Assembly (NCBI GenBank): GCA_045430295.1
Contig: JAILXX010000005.1
Location: forward strand, 22,345 to 86,344
From: Cellvibrionaceae bacterium
GTDB lineage: Bacteria; Pseudomonadota; Gammaproteobacteria; Pseudomonadales; JAILXX01
Length of the DNA stretch: 64,000 nt
Direction: 5' to 3'
Positions 20,564-31,357 of this stretch are shown in pieces. Position 1 is the first letter of the stretch. Every line of letters begins with the position of its first letter. The notes below the pieces were generated by a model. That model was given only the letters and a program-made list of their open reading frames with translations. It was not told the DNA's origin and did no database searches. The position numbers were made by a program, and so were the translations under genes.

Positions 20564-22051
20564 ATGACAAACGATTTCGACATAGTGATTTTTGGCGGCA
20601 CTGGTGATTTATCCACTCGCAAGCTGTTACCCGCCCTGTATCGCTGTCAGGTGGAAGGCCGCCTGCCTGAGTGCTGTCGTATTTTTATCACTTCCCGTAA
20701 CCCAAAGGACGGTAATAACTTTACGGGCTTTGTGGAGAAAACCCTTAACGCTCACCTCGATAAAGGAGAGTTCAGCAAAGAGCAGTGGAAGGTGTTCAGC
20801 AAGCGTTTGCAGTTTGTGGAATTGGATATCACCACTGGTGATGAGCGCTGGCAGCCTTTAGCTGGTGCACTTGCCGAGGAGCCTCAGCGAGTGCGCGTGT
20901 TCTACATGGCGACCCCGCCGAACCTTTATGGCCCGGCCTGCCAAAATATGTCTGATATGGGAATGATTACTTCCCATTCTCGTATCGTGTTAGAAAAACC
21001 TATTGGCTACAGCTTAGAAACCGCGCGAGAAATTAATTCCTGTGTGGCCAAGCATTTCCCGGAAGAAAGTATTTTCCGTATCGATCACTACCTGGGTAAA
21101 GAAACCGTACAAAACCTTTTAGCGCTGCGTTTCACCAATGTGTTGTTTGAACATTTGTGGGACAACAAAAGCATTGAGCATGTACAAATTACATTGGCTG
21201 AAACGGTGGGCCTTGAAGGCCGCGTGGCTTTTTACGATAAAGCCGGCGCCGTGCGAGACATGGTGCAAAACCATATGCTGCAGTTGTTGTGTTTAGTGGC
21301 CATGGAACCGCCACTAAAAATGAATGCGCAAAGTATTCGCAGTGAAAAATTAAAAGTGATGCAGGCGTTGCGCCCTATTGAAGGTGAGCGAGTTGCGAAA
21401 GATGCGGTTCGTGGTCAGTACGTAAGCGGCAATGTGAGCGGCAAAGACGTAAACGGCTATTTAGATGAATTAACCGCTGCCGGTGGTGATGCTAATAGCA
21501 CTACCGAAACCTATGTTGCGATTCGAGCGCATATCGATAACTGGCGTTGGGCGGGTGTGCCTTTTTACTTGCGCACCGGTAAAAGCATGAAAGAACGCTT
21601 TGCGGAAATTGTGGTGCAGTTTAAGCCGGTCTCTCATCGAATTTATCCCGAAAGCGCTGGGGATATGACCGCCAACCGCTTGGTTATTCGCTTACAGCCA
21701 GAAGAAAGTATGCGCATGTGTTTAATGGCAAAGGCCTTAAATCAAACCGATGTTCGCTTAAAGCCGGTGAATCTTAATTTGAATTTCCAAGATACTTACC
21801 AAGGCTCCGCCAGTGACGGCTATAAACGTATGTTGTTGGATGTGGCCGAGGGTAACCCCACTTTGTTTGCACATCGTGATGAAGTTGAACAGGCTTGGAC
21901 TTGGTTAGATCCTATTTTAAATAGCTGGAAAGCATCCGGTCGCAAGCCGGAGCGTTATCCCGCCGGTAGCTGGGGGCCAGAAGGCGCTGCTTTTTTAATT
22001 CACCGTGATAACCGTCGTTGGTTGTCGGAAAGTATTGGGATGGAGGAGTAA
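20564..22051 (+). CDS. zwf: Glucose-6-phosphate 1-dehydrogenase
   Basis: FGGTGDL, EKPIG, RIDHYLGKE, DMVQNH, WAGVPFYLRTGK. Confidence 0.97.
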   Translation: MTNDFDIVIFGGTGDLSTRKLLPALYRCQVEGRLPECCRIFITSRNPKDGNNFTGFVEKTLNAHLDKGEFSKEQWKVFSKRLQFVELDITTGDERWQPLAGALAEEPQRVRVFYMATPPNLYGPACQNMSDMGMITSHSRIVLEKPIGYSLETAREINSCVAKHFPEESIFRIDHYLGKETVQNLLALRFTNVLFEHLWDNKSIEHVQITLAETVGLEGRVAFYDKAGAVRDMVQNHMLQLLCLVAMEPPLKMNAQSIRSEKLKVMQALRPIEGERVAKDAVRGQYVSGNVSGKDVNGYLDELTAAGGDANSTTETYVAIRAHIDNWRWAGVPFYLRTGKSMKERFAEIVVQFKPVSHRIYPESAGDMTANRLVIRLQPEESMRMCLMAKALNQTDVRLKPVNLNLNFQDTYQGSASDGYKRMLLDVAEGNPTLFAHRDEVEQAWTWLDPILNSWKASGRKPERYPAGSWGPEGAAFLIHRDNRRWLSESIGMEE

Positions 22052-22794
22052 TGTCGATGTCTGCTGCAATCAAAGAATCAGTGCCTAGCCTACAAGAATA
22101 TTTTTTCGATAGTCGCGAAGCTATGTTGAGTGCGTTGAAGAAAGACGTCACCGAGTGCTTGCAGTCTGCCCTAAAAGATCACGAACGTGTCAGTTTTATG
22201 GTATCTGGCGGTAGCTCGCCGGAGCCGCTTTACCGTGCACTTTCTCGTACAGAATTACCTTGGAATCGTATTTCGGCGGCACTGGTAGATGAACGTTGGG
22301 TGCCAAAGTCCCATCCAAAAAGTAATGAAGCCTTTATTGAAGAAAATTTACTGCAAAGTTTTGCATCGGCGACAGATTGGCAAGGGATGAAAAATTTTGC
22401 GCCTACGGCGGATGAAGGCCAGGCTTTTTGTGAAGGACGTTATCGTTGGCTGCCGCCTCATTGGGCGGTGACCATTCTCGGTATGGGAAATGATGGTCAC
22501 ACCGCATCACTATTTCCCCACGCAAAAGGCTTAGAGGCTGCGCTTGATGAGAAAGCACCACTGTGTGCGGCCATTGAAGCTATTCCCAGTGAGGTCACTG
22601 GTGAAATTACTGAACGAATAACGCTCACCTTGCCGGCATTGTTACGCTCACAACAATTAATTTTATTGTTAACCGGCGAAGAAAAGTTGGCCACCTATAA
22701 AGCGGCAAAAGCTGGAGATGATATTGCGGATATGCCAGTAAGGGCAATCTTGCAACAGAGTGAAGCGCCAGTGGCGGTTTACTGGGCGCCTTAG
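22051..22794 (+). CDS. pgl: 6-phosphogluconolactonase
   Basis: VSGGSSP, LVDERWV, LGMGNDGHTASLFP; ATG overlaps the zwf stop codon. Confidence 0.95.
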   Translation: MSMSAAIKESVPSLQEYFFDSREAMLSALKKDVTECLQSALKDHERVSFMVSGGSSPEPLYRALSRTELPWNRISAALVDERWVPKSHPKSNEAFIEENLLQSFASATDWQGMKNFAPTADEGQAFCEGRYRWLPPHWAVTILGMGNDGHTASLFPHAKGLEAALDEKAPLCAAIEAIPSEVTGEITERITLTLPALLRSQQLILLLTGEEKLATYKAAKAGDDIADMPVRAILQQSEAPVAVYWAP

Positions 22795-22934
22795 GAGACT
22801 ATTGAAAGCTACCTGCGTTGCCTCTGCTGCGTTGAAGTTAATCTCAAAATACTCATTTACTAAATGTAAACTCCGTTTTTTCGATTGACTCCGCCTTGCA
22901 TAGGCTGCCTCGCTAACGCTTTCAAAAGCATCCT
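22793..22934. mobile_element. MITE-like element (~142 bp)
   Basis: Imperfect 15-bp terminal inverted repeats aggagactattgaaa / tttcaaaagcatcct; internally palindromic; non-coding. Confidence 0.65.
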
Positions 22935-22965
22935 GAAAGTTAAAGAATTCGGAGACGTTTTGAGT

Positions 22966-24825
22966 ATGACTATCCATATTACCGTTGAAAAAATAACTGA
23001 ACGAATTCGCCAGCGCAGTGCGGAAACTCGCGCGGCTTATTTGGCAAATATCGATGCCGCTATGGCAGGCCCTGGGCCGCTCCGAGGTGGTTTACCCTGT
23101 GGCAATTTAGCACACGGTTTTGCAGCCTGTAGTGCCAGTGAAAAACATCTATTGTCTGAAACGCCCACGGTTAATGTGGCGATTGTGTCTGCTTACAACG
23201 ACATGTTGTCTGCTCACCAACCGTTTCGCGATACGCCAGAACAAATTAAAGCGGCTATTGCCAATGCGGGCGGTATGGCGCAATTTGCCGGTGGCGTTCC
23301 TGCTATGTGCGATGGGGTTACTCAAGGTCAGGCGGGCATGGAGCTGTCCCTGTTTAGCCGCGATCTGATTGCCATGAGTACGGCGATAGCGCTTTCCCAC
23401 AATATGTTCGATGCCGCCTTGTATTTAGGCGTGTGTGACAAGATTGTGCCCGGTTTATTAATCGGCGCATTATCCTTTGGTCATCTACCGGCAATTTTTA
23501 TTCCTGCGGGCCCTATGGAGTCAGGTTTATCGAATCCAGAAAAAGCCAGAATTCGCCAGCTTTACGCAGAGGGAAAAGTGGGTCGCAAAGAATTATTGAA
23601 AGCAGAATCTGAGTCTTATCACAGCCCAGGTACTTGTACTTTTTATGGTACTGCCAACAGTAATCAGATGTTGGTAGAAATTATGGGACTGCATTTACCC
23701 GGTGCGTCTTTTGTAAATCCCAACACGCCGCTGCGAGAAGCGCTAACAGAATCTGCCGCAAAGCAAGTGCTGAAATTTACTGCCGAGGGTGACGACTATC
23801 GCCCCATTGGTCGCGCCATTGATGAGCGAGCTATTGTGAATGCGGTAGTGGGTTTGTTAGCAACTGGTGGTTCTACTAATCACACCATGCATTTAATTGC
23901 CATTGCGAAAGCGGCGGGTATTCAGCTCACGTGGGATGATTTTTCTGAATTGTCGGAAGTCGTGCCCTTGGTAACCCGTATTTATCCCAACGGTGTTGCC
24001 GATATTAATCATTTCCAAGCTGCCGGCGGTATGGCGTTCTTAATGGCATCACTGATGGATGCCGGATTGATTCACAACGATATTCTCACTGTGGCCGATA
24101 ACGGCATGGATGATTATCGCCGTGAGCCAGGTCTTGAGGACGGTGTTCTCGTTTGGCGAGACGGCCCCGCAGAATCTCACGATACCGATGTGCTGCGCCC
24201 AGTGGCTGATGCGTTTGATAAGCACGGTGGTTTGCAACTGATTAGCGGAAATTTAGGCCGCGGTGTCACAAAAATTTCTGCGGTAAAAACAGAGCACCGT
24301 ATTGTAGAAGCACCAGCCATTGTCTTTAACGATCAAACAGAATTAACCGAAGCTTTTCAGGCGGGGCAGTTAGAAAAAGATTTTATCGCTGTGGTGCGTT
24401 TCCAGGGGCCAAAAGCCAATGGTATGCCTGAACTCCATAAAATGACATCGCCTATGGGTGTTCTGCAAGATCGTGGGTTTAAAGTGGCCTTGGTCACCGA
24501 TGGTCGTATGTCTGGCGCATCGGGTAAGGTGCCGGCGGCCATTCATTTAACCCCTGAGTGTGCAGAGGGCGGCCCGCTAGCGCTTGTGCGCACCGGCGAC
24601 ATGATTCATTTAAATACAGAAACCGGCGAGTTAAATGTGCTGGTTGATGACGCTGAGTGGCAATCCCGTATTCCTGCCGCCAATGTTAGCGCAACTCATC
24701 ATCAAGGCATGGGGCGGGAATTGTTTTCAGTATTTCGTCAGAGCGTGAGCAGTGCTGAAGAGGGTGCAAGTTGTGTGAGCAGTCTCACTGGCGAAGATGC
24801 TTTTTCCACAGGTGGGAGCGCCTAG
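22966..24825 (+). CDS. edd: Phosphogluconate dehydratase
   Basis: [50 protein letters not shown]; GGAG RBS before ATG 22966. Confidence 0.97.
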   Translation: MTIHITVEKITERIRQRSAETRAAYLANIDAAMAGPGPLRGGLPCGNLAHGFAACSASEKHLLSETPTVNVAIVSAYNDMLSAHQPFRDTPEQIKAAIANAGGMAQFAGGVPAMCDGVTQGQAGMELSLFSRDLIAMSTAIALSHNMFDAALYLGVCDKIVPGLLIGALSFGHLPAIFIPAGPMESGLSNPEKARIRQLYAEGKVGRKELLKAESESYHSPGTCTFYGTANSNQMLVEIMGLHLPGASFVNPNTPLREALTESAAKQVLKFTAEGDDYRPIGRAIDERAIVNAVVGLLATGGSTNHTMHLIAIAKAAGIQLTWDDFSELSEVVPLVTRIYPNGVADINHFQAAGGMAFLMASLMDAGLIHNDILTVADNGMDDYRREPGLEDGVLVWRDGPAESHDTDVLRPVADAFDKHGGLQLISGNLGRGVTKISAVKTEHRIVEAPAIVFNDQTELTEAFQAGQLEKDFIAVVRFQGPKANGMPELHKMTSPMGVLQDRGFKVALVTDGRMSGASGKVPAAIHLTPECAEGGPLALVRTGDMIHLNTETGELNVLVDDAEWQSRIPAANVSATHHQGMGRELFSVFRQSVSSAEEGASCVSSLTGEDAFSTGGSA

Positions 24826-24827
24826 TG

Positions 24828-25907
24828 ATGTTTCCCTATGTGGTAGCCGATATTGGCGGTACCAACGCTCGGTATGGGTTGGTAACCGGTGAGCAAAACA
24901 ATATTTACGATATCAGTGCGCAAGTCACGTTTAACTGTTCTGATTTCGAAAATTTTGGTGATTCCCTGCAGGCCTATTTCGATCATTTAGATCATACGGT
25001 TTTTAGTGATGGCCAGCGCAATGGTAAGCGCAGTGAGCTTGTGAAATTTGCTTGCGTAGCTATTGCGGGGCCTGTGAGTGGTGATCAGGTGAAGATGACC
25101 AATCTAAATTGGGTATTTTCCATCGCTGATGTGGAATCCCGTTTTGGATTACAAAAGTTAGAAGTGATTAATGATTTTACCGCTCAGGCTTGCGCTATTA
25201 ATCACTTGTCAGAAAAAGATTTGCTGCCCATCAAATCCGTATCAACAAGCAATGAGTGTGGTTTAGGCAATAAAGCCATTCTAGGTCCGGGTACGGGCTT
25301 GGGTGTTGCTGGTTTAGTAAAAACTCCGGCAGGATATTTCCCTGTTGCTGGAGAAGGTGGGCACGTGGACTTGGCCCCTCGCACAGAAAAAGAAATACAG
25401 ATTTTGCAGAGTCTGCAACAACAGTTGGGTCACGTATCTGCAGAAACCCTGTTGTGTGGTCCTGGTTTGTTAAGTCTGTACGGAGAAGTGGTGAAGTTAA
25501 ATGGGCGCGCTTCCAAGTGCACCATGCCTGATGAAGTCACACGCAATGCACTGGCTCAGAGCGACGAAGATTGCGAAGAGGCTTTATCAATCTTTTGCGC
25601 ATTGCTCGGTAGCTTTGCCGGAAATGTGGCCCTCACTTTAGGTGCTCGGGGCGGTGTGTATTTGTCTGGTGGTATCTTGCCCCAGGTTCGAGAATTTCTA
25701 ATGAAGAGTGATTTCGTCAATCGCTTTAAAAGCAAAGGCGCCATGAGTGGTTTTGTGAATGATGTTTCCGTGTCACTGATTACACATGATCAACCAGCCT
25801 TGATTGGGGCTGCAGCCTGGCTCACGGATTGTTGCGATTGCTTCCGTGAGGATGTCAAAGAGAATGAAATTACACCGGCTCACTATGTTGTTGAAAAAAC
25901 AGCATAA
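24828..25907 (+). CDS. glk: Glucokinase
   Basis: VADIGGTNAR, INDF, GPGTGLG, EGGH. Confidence 0.95.
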   Translation: MFPYVVADIGGTNARYGLVTGEQNNIYDISAQVTFNCSDFENFGDSLQAYFDHLDHTVFSDGQRNGKRSELVKFACVAIAGPVSGDQVKMTNLNWVFSIADVESRFGLQKLEVINDFTAQACAINHLSEKDLLPIKSVSTSNECGLGNKAILGPGTGLGVAGLVKTPAGYFPVAGEGGHVDLAPRTEKEIQILQSLQQQLGHVSAETLLCGPGLLSLYGEVVKLNGRASKCTMPDEVTRNALAQSDEDCEEALSIFCALLGSFAGNVALTLGARGGVYLSGGILPQVREFLMKSDFVNRFKSKGAMSGFVNDVSVSLITHDQPALIGAAAWLTDCCDCFREDVKENEITPAHYVVEKTA

Positions 25908-25982
25908 ATTTCTAGCTAGTCATCAAAAAATATAACCCAATCGAAAATAGAAACTCACGATATAAAAACGGTCTAAGAAGAT

Positions 25983-26627
25983 ATGACAACGACAAGTGCT
26001 ATCAGTATTGAATCGGTAGTCAATAAGGCGCCGGTTATTCCGGTGATCGTGATTGAAAACCTAGAACACGCCGTACCTTTAGCGAGAGCGCTGTATAACG
26101 GTGGCTTGTCGGTGCTGGAAATCACTTTACGCACTGAGATGGCGTTGCCAGCTATTGAAAAGATTCGCACTGAGTTGCCGGAAGCGATTGTGGGTGCAGG
26201 TACCGTAAACAGTGCAAAACATTTGCAGGATGCGGTTGCTGCAGGATCTAGCTTTTTGGTGAGCCCTGGGTCAACGGCTTCGCTGCTGGATGCTGCAGAA
26301 AAACAAGAGGTTCCTCTGTTGCCTGGAGCGGCAACACCGTCGGAAGTAATGAATTTATTAGAACGTGGCTTTTATTATCAAAAATTCTTCCCGGCAGAAG
26401 CCGCCGGTGGTGTGCCTATGTTGAAGTCAATTGGTGGCCCCTTGGCGCAAGTCAATTTCTGTCCAACAGGTGGTATCGATATTGAAAAGGCAAAAAACTA
26501 CTTGGCCTTAAAGAATGTGAGTTGTGTAGGAGGCTCATGGATGGCAGCGCCAGGTTTGGTAAATGATGAGCGCTGGAGTGATATTGAAGCCTTAGCAAAG
26601 GCGGCATCGCAGATAAGAAGCCAGTAG
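25983..26627 (+). CDS. eda: KDPG aldolase
   Basis: LEITLRT, VGAGTV, KFFPAE, FCPTGGI. Confidence 0.97.
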   Translation: MTTTSAISIESVVNKAPVIPVIVIENLEHAVPLARALYNGGLSVLEITLRTEMALPAIEKIRTELPEAIVGAGTVNSAKHLQDAVAAGSSFLVSPGSTASLLDAAEKQEVPLLPGAATPSEVMNLLERGFYYQKFFPAEAAGGVPMLKSIGGPLAQVNFCPTGGIDIEKAKNYLALKNVSCVGGSWMAAPGLVNDERWSDIEALAKAASQIRSQ

Positions 26628-26722
26628 TAAATTAGAGTAGTAAATTAGTAAAAATAAAATTAGTAGAAAATAAAAGTTAGAGTGTTGGAAGACTATATAA
26701 AAGAACACTCGGGAGATAGAGT

Positions 26723-27760
26723 ATGACAATTCGAGTAGCAATTAACGGTTATGGCCGCATCGGGCGCAATGTATTGCGTGCATTTTATGAAGCGGGTTTT
26801 GAAAATAAACAATACCGCGATCAAATTGAAATTGTAGCCATTAACGATTTGGGTGATGTAGAGCTCAATGCCCACTTAACTCGTTACGATACAGTCCACG
26901 GTCGTTTTGCCGGTGAGGTTGTGGTGAACGGCGATTACCTTTGCGTAAATAACGACAAAATTCATGTGTGCTCTGAGCGTGATCCTGCCAAGTTGCCTTG
27001 GAAAGCGTTGAATATTGATGTGGTACTAGAGTGTACTGGGCTGTTCACCAGTCGCGAAAAAGCCAGCGCTCATATTACCGCTGGGGCAAAGAAGGTGATT
27101 ATTTCTGCGCCGGCAACGGATGTGGATGCAACCGTGGTATACGGTGTGAATCATCATATGCTGAATGCGGATAGCCAGATTATTTCAAATGCCTCCTGTA
27201 CCACCAACTGCTTGGCTCCTATCGCCAAAGTACTAAACGATAAGTTGGGCATTGAGCAGGGGTCTATGACCACAATTCATGCCTATACCAATGATCAAAA
27301 CCTTAACGATGTGTATCACCAAGATATGTATCGCGCTCGCTCGGCGACTATGTCCATGATTCCAACGCAAACTGGTGCAGCCCGTGCAGTGGGCTTAGTG
27401 CTACCGGAATTGAAAGGCAAGCTAGACGGTATGGCTGTACGGGTTCCAACGGTGAATGTTTCCGTGGTGGATCTAAACTTCTTGGCGCCCCGCGATACCA
27501 GTGTGGAAGAGGTAAATGCCATTATTCGAGAGGCGTCGAAAAAAATGGGTGGCATCTTGGCTTACAACGAAGAGCCTCTCGTTTCTGTGGATTTTAATCA
27601 TAATGCAGCCTCTTCTAATTTTGATGCAACCCAAACCGCAGTCAATGGCCGCTGGGTGAAAGTAATGTCTTGGTACGACAATGAATGGGGCTTCTCCAAT
27701 CGTATGCTCGACAATGCAGTTGCTCTAATGATGGCTGCAAGCCATTCCGCTGCAGCGTAA
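26723..27760 (+). CDS. gap: Type I glyceraldehyde-3-phosphate dehydrogenase
   Basis: [30 protein letters not shown]. Confidence 0.93.
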   Translation: MTIRVAINGYGRIGRNVLRAFYEAGFENKQYRDQIEIVAINDLGDVELNAHLTRYDTVHGRFAGEVVVNGDYLCVNNDKIHVCSERDPAKLPWKALNIDVVLECTGLFTSREKASAHITAGAKKVIISAPATDVDATVVYGVNHHMLNADSQIISNASCTTNCLAPIAKVLNDKLGIEQGSMTTIHAYTNDQNLNDVYHQDMYRARSATMSMIPTQTGAARAVGLVLPELKGKLDGMAVRVPTVNVSVVDLNFLAPRDTSVEEVNAIIREASKKMGGILAYNEEPLVSVDFNHNAASSNFDATQTAVNGRWVKVMSWYDNEWGFSNRMLDNAVALMMAASHSAAA

Positions 27761-27784
27761 TCCATTTGTAAGAATTTAATGAAT

Positions 27785-27875
27785 TTCCGGGTGTCGTCGT
27801 CCATTGTTTATTGCTTCGGGGCTGAACAGGATGATTTCAGGAAGCGTCTTGGGAACAAGGCGACGGCAACTGGAA
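27785..27875 (+). other. Long imperfect RNA hairpin with a CAGGAUG apical loop between gap and pyk
   Basis: ttccgggtgtcgtcgtc pairs with ggcgacggcaactggaa (G-U pairs on the + strand); also ttgtt/aacaa, gcttc/gaagc, ctgaa/ttcag. Confidence 0.6.
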
Positions 27876-28031
27876 TTTAAAATATCGGTTTTAAATAAAC
27901 CAAAATGTTAGAAGCACTCCTTGCAGCGAATGAGTGGTATCCTTATTAGCTATTTTTTAGAATCTAGCTATAGACTCCAATAGTACAAAGATACCCTTTG
28001 AATTGTTCGTGAATAACGCACCTGAGAGAAC

Positions 28032-29537
28032 ATGACTATGTATGATTTCGACCAGCAGCAATCCCTGATACCCCCACAGCAAGACTCTCTACAGCGTCGT
28101 ACAAAAATTGTTGCCACCTTAGGGCCTGCTACGGATAAAGAAGGCATCCTCGAAAAACTTATTTTATCCGGTGCGAATGTAGTCAGATTGAATTTTTCTC
28201 ATGGTGCTCCAGAGGACCATCAGTTGCGGGTAGAGCAGGTCCGCGCCATTGCCCAGAAGCACAATTTATTTGTTGCAGTGATGGGAGATTTGCAAGGGCC
28301 GAAAATTCGCATTGCTCGCTTTGCTGAAGGGTCTATCACCTTAAGCAAGGGCGATAGCTTCACCCTAGATGCCGCCTTGGGGCGTGACGAAGGCAATCAA
28401 CAGCAAGTGGGCATCGATTACAAAGAATTGCCTGGGGACAGCAACCCTGGGGATGTGTTGTTGTTGGATGATGGTCGAGTAGTGCTTCGTGTCACAGAAG
28501 TGGATGGCTCAAAAATTCATTGTACCGTTGATGTGGGTGGAGCGCTTTCCAATAACAAAGGCATTAATCGTCAAGGGGGTGGGTTATCTGCCCCGGCGCT
28601 AACAGAGAAAGATCTACAAGATATTAAACTGGCCGCTGAGATAGGCGTGGATTATTTAGCGGTTTCATTCCCTCGCTCTGCAGACGATATGAACCAAGCG
28701 CGAAAGTTATTACGCGAAGCGGGTTCACCTGCAGGCCTTGTCGCAAAAATTGAACGAGCAGAAACTGTTGTAGATGAAGCCGTATTAGACGAAATCATTA
28801 ACGCCTCCGAAGTAGTGATGGTGGCCCGTGGTGATTTAGGCGTAGAAATTGGCGATGCCGAGTTGGTGGGTGTGCAAAAACAAATTATTGCGAGGGCCCG
28901 TCAATTAAATCGCTGTGTGATTACCGCCACTCAAATGATGGAGTCCATGATCACAAGCCCCTTGCCAACGCGGGCTGAAGTGTTTGATGTAGCCAATGCG
29001 GTTTTAGATGGTACCGATGCGGTGATGTTGTCCGCAGAAAGTGCTGCTGGTGATTTTCCTGTGGAGGCTGTTGAAGCAATGGTGCGTGTCGTGAGTGGTG
29101 CGGAATTGCATCCGCAAGCCCATGTGTCTCGCCATCGTATTAACGAAAGCTTTTTCAGCATCGATGAATCCATTGGTTTGGCTGCTATGTACACTGCCAA
29201 TCATCTTGAGGGTGTAAAAGCCATTATTGCCATGACAGAAAGCGGTGCTACGCCATTGATGATGTCGCGCATTAGTTCCGCGTTACCTATTTATGCGTTT
29301 TCCCCCAATGAACAAACTCAAAATAAAGTAGCCATGTATCGAGGTGTTACACCAATACCTTTTGATTTGGCGGCACTGGACAGTAAAGAGATTAATCAAC
29401 GGGCAGTGGGTGAGTTAGTGAGGCGCGGTGTAGTGAGCAATGATGATTTGGTGATTCTTACCAAGGGCGATTATGTGAATGTGCTCGGGGGAACGAACAC
29501 TATGAAGATTGTTCGTGTGGGCGATCGTATTCAGTAA
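28032..29537 (+). CDS. pyk: Pyruvate kinase (PykA type)
   Basis: [46 protein letters not shown]. Confidence 0.97.
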   Translation: MTMYDFDQQQSLIPPQQDSLQRRTKIVATLGPATDKEGILEKLILSGANVVRLNFSHGAPEDHQLRVEQVRAIAQKHNLFVAVMGDLQGPKIRIARFAEGSITLSKGDSFTLDAALGRDEGNQQQVGIDYKELPGDSNPGDVLLLDDGRVVLRVTEVDGSKIHCTVDVGGALSNNKGINRQGGGLSAPALTEKDLQDIKLAAEIGVDYLAVSFPRSADDMNQARKLLREAGSPAGLVAKIERAETVVDEAVLDEIINASEVVMVARGDLGVEIGDAELVGVQKQIIARARQLNRCVITATQMMESMITSPLPTRAEVFDVANAVLDGTDAVMLSAESAAGDFPVEAVEAMVRVVSGAELHPQAHVSRHRINESFFSIDESIGLAAMYTANHLEGVKAIIAMTESGATPLMMSRISSALPIYAFSPNEQTQNKVAMYRGVTPIPFDLAALDSKEINQRAVGELVRRGVVSNDDLVILTKGDYVNVLGGTNTMKIVRVGDRIQ

Positions 29538-29917
29538 TGTCCAAGTTCAAATACTGCAATAACGATCAGCATTGTCATAGCCAGCATCAGCCGTTAAATA
29601 AGACTTTTGAAAAAAGTACCCCCCTGGTATTTGGCTGCATGGGGTTTGGTGGTAATTGGGATAACAATCCCGTTACTCAAGAAAATATTCGCCAGGCCAA
29701 TGAAGCCGTCGATGCAGCACTAGAATCCGGTATTCGTGTATTTGATCACGCAGATATTTATACCTTTGGTAAGGCTGAAACTGTATTCGGGGAAATTTTA
29801 AAGCAGCGCCCTGCATTGCGGGATGAAATCGTTTTACAAAGTAAATGTGGAATTCGCTTTGCCGATACCCAAAGTACACCGAGAACCGTTAAACACTACG
29901 ATTTATCTCGGCCGTGA
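29537..29917 (+). pseudogene. Truncated aldo/keto reductase (N-terminal third only)
   Basis: LVFGCMGFGG, FDHADIY, LQSKCGIR motifs present; stops after HYDLS, whereas family members are ~300 aa. Confidence 0.8.
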
Positions 29918-29949
29918 ATTATAGATTAGTGATTAATAGGAAGAGTATT

Positions 29950-30969
29950 TTGCCTAAAGCCACCATTGATGATGTTGCCAAGCACGCTGGGGTTTCTATA
30001 AAAACCGTCTCCCGGGTGGTGAACGGTGAGCCGAACGTGCGAGAAATGACTCGTCGTCGTGTACAAGAGGCTATCGACGAATTGCATTATCGCCCCAACA
30101 GTTCAGCGCGAAGTCTTGCGGCCAATAAATCTTTTTTGATCGGTTTACTCTACGACAATCCAGTACCTAGCTATATTATGGATGTGCAAAATGGCATTCT
30201 CGGTAGTTGCCGTGAGAAGGGCTACAACCTATTGATTCATCCTTGTGATTTTTCCAAAAACACCATTGCCGATGATATTTTGCAGTTGGTAAAACAAAGT
30301 CGTGTGGATGGTTTGATTCTCACACCGCCCCTTTCCGATAACATTGACGTTATCGAAACCTTAAAAGAAAACAGTATTCTCTTTGTCAGTATTGCTCCGG
30401 TACATCACGAAATGGATCGTCTTTGTGTGTATTGCGATGATCGCAACGCGGCTTACAAAATCACGGAGTATTTAATTCAGCAGGGCCACTCGAAAATTGG
30501 CTTTATTATCGGGCACCCAGGTCATGGTGCCAGCCAAGAGCGTCAACAGGGGTTTGAGCAGGCCATGAAAGATCACAATGTGCCTGTGAATAACCAGTGG
30601 GTGATGCAAGGTTATTTTGATTTTGAGTCCGGTCGAGATTGCGCAGCAAAATTATTTAAAGCCAGCGATCGTCCAACCGCTATTTTTGCCAGTAACGATG
30701 AAATGGCAGCAGGGGTTATGGTTGCTGCGCAAGAAGCTGGCTTAACGTTGCCAAATGATTTGTCGATTGCTGGTTTCGATGATAACCCCATCGCCGAGCA
30801 CATTTGGCCTGCGTTAAGTACAGTGCGTCAGCCGGTAAAACAAATGGCTAGCGAAGCGGCTCAGTTGTTGTTGGCGCATTTGCGTGGTGATAAAAATCTT
30901 GCTCAAGAACAAGAACTGCATTGTGAGCTGGTGTTGCGGGGTTCTATTGCAGGTCCGTTATTACCTTAG
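29950..30969 (+). CDS. LacI-family transcriptional regulator
   Basis: ATIDDVAKHAGVSIKTVSRVVN HTH, YRPNSSARSL hinge, AIFASNDEMAAG, LSTVRQP; TTG start inferred (ORF open from 29914). Confidence 0.93.
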   Translation: MPKATIDDVAKHAGVSIKTVSRVVNGEPNVREMTRRRVQEAIDELHYRPNSSARSLAANKSFLIGLLYDNPVPSYIMDVQNGILGSCREKGYNLLIHPCDFSKNTIADDILQLVKQSRVDGLILTPPLSDNIDVIETLKENSILFVSIAPVHHEMDRLCVYCDDRNAAYKITEYLIQQGHSKIGFIIGHPGHGASQERQQGFEQAMKDHNVPVNNQWVMQGYFDFESGRDCAAKLFKASDRPTAIFASNDEMAAGVMVAAQEAGLTLPNDLSIAGFDDNPIAEHIWPALSTVRQPVKQMASEAAQLLLAHLRGDKNLAQEQELHCELVLRGSIAGPLLP

Positions 30970-30970
30970 G

Positions 30971-31004
30971 GAGACCCTTCCTCCCGTTGGTCGTCAGGAT
31001 GACA
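30971..31004. repeat. REP copy (tgtcatcctgacg family)
   Basis: agacccttcctcccgttggtcgtcaggatgaca resembles the reverse complement of 49628-49661. Confidence 0.65.
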
Positions 31005-31015
31005 AGTGTGGGGCG

Positions 31016-31153
31016 CTCTCGCGCAATTTGCTGATTTTTTTTGCGGGTTTCCAGGTTCACCAGCGGGCTATCTCGCAGGGCGCGGGATACCGTCGATTGG
31101 GATACGCCGGCTTTGTAGGCGATATCAAAGGAGGTGGGTTTACTGGTTTTCAT
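31016..31153 (-). pseudogene. Remnant of a second LacI-family regulator (HTH only)
   Basis: MKTSKPTSFDIAYKAGVSQSTVSRALRDSPLVNLETRKK..IARE, after which similarity ends next to a REP. Confidence 0.8.
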
Positions 31154-31357
31154 AGGGCTTGTTTCAGAGCTTGTTTTAAAGACCGACCTGTTTCCGCGCA
31201 TGTGTCATTGAGTAGGGTAGCAGCTCGAGACAGCAAGTGGTAACCCTGAATAATGTTGGCTAGACAGCTCAGGCTGGCGGGGAGACCAGGCCCCAGGAAA
31301 CACGTATAATGTGGCCCAAATTTTATTCATCCCAGACTTAGTCACAGGCCCAATAGC

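Noticed and set aside
22885-22965. N-terminal extension of edd in the ORF track (likewise hemC 32870-32890)
   Set aside because: The extension lies in MITE/REP sequence; downstream ATGs have better RBS context and family-typical starts
31314-31331. ARG box before argH
   Set aside because: Only the TTTATTCA half is present
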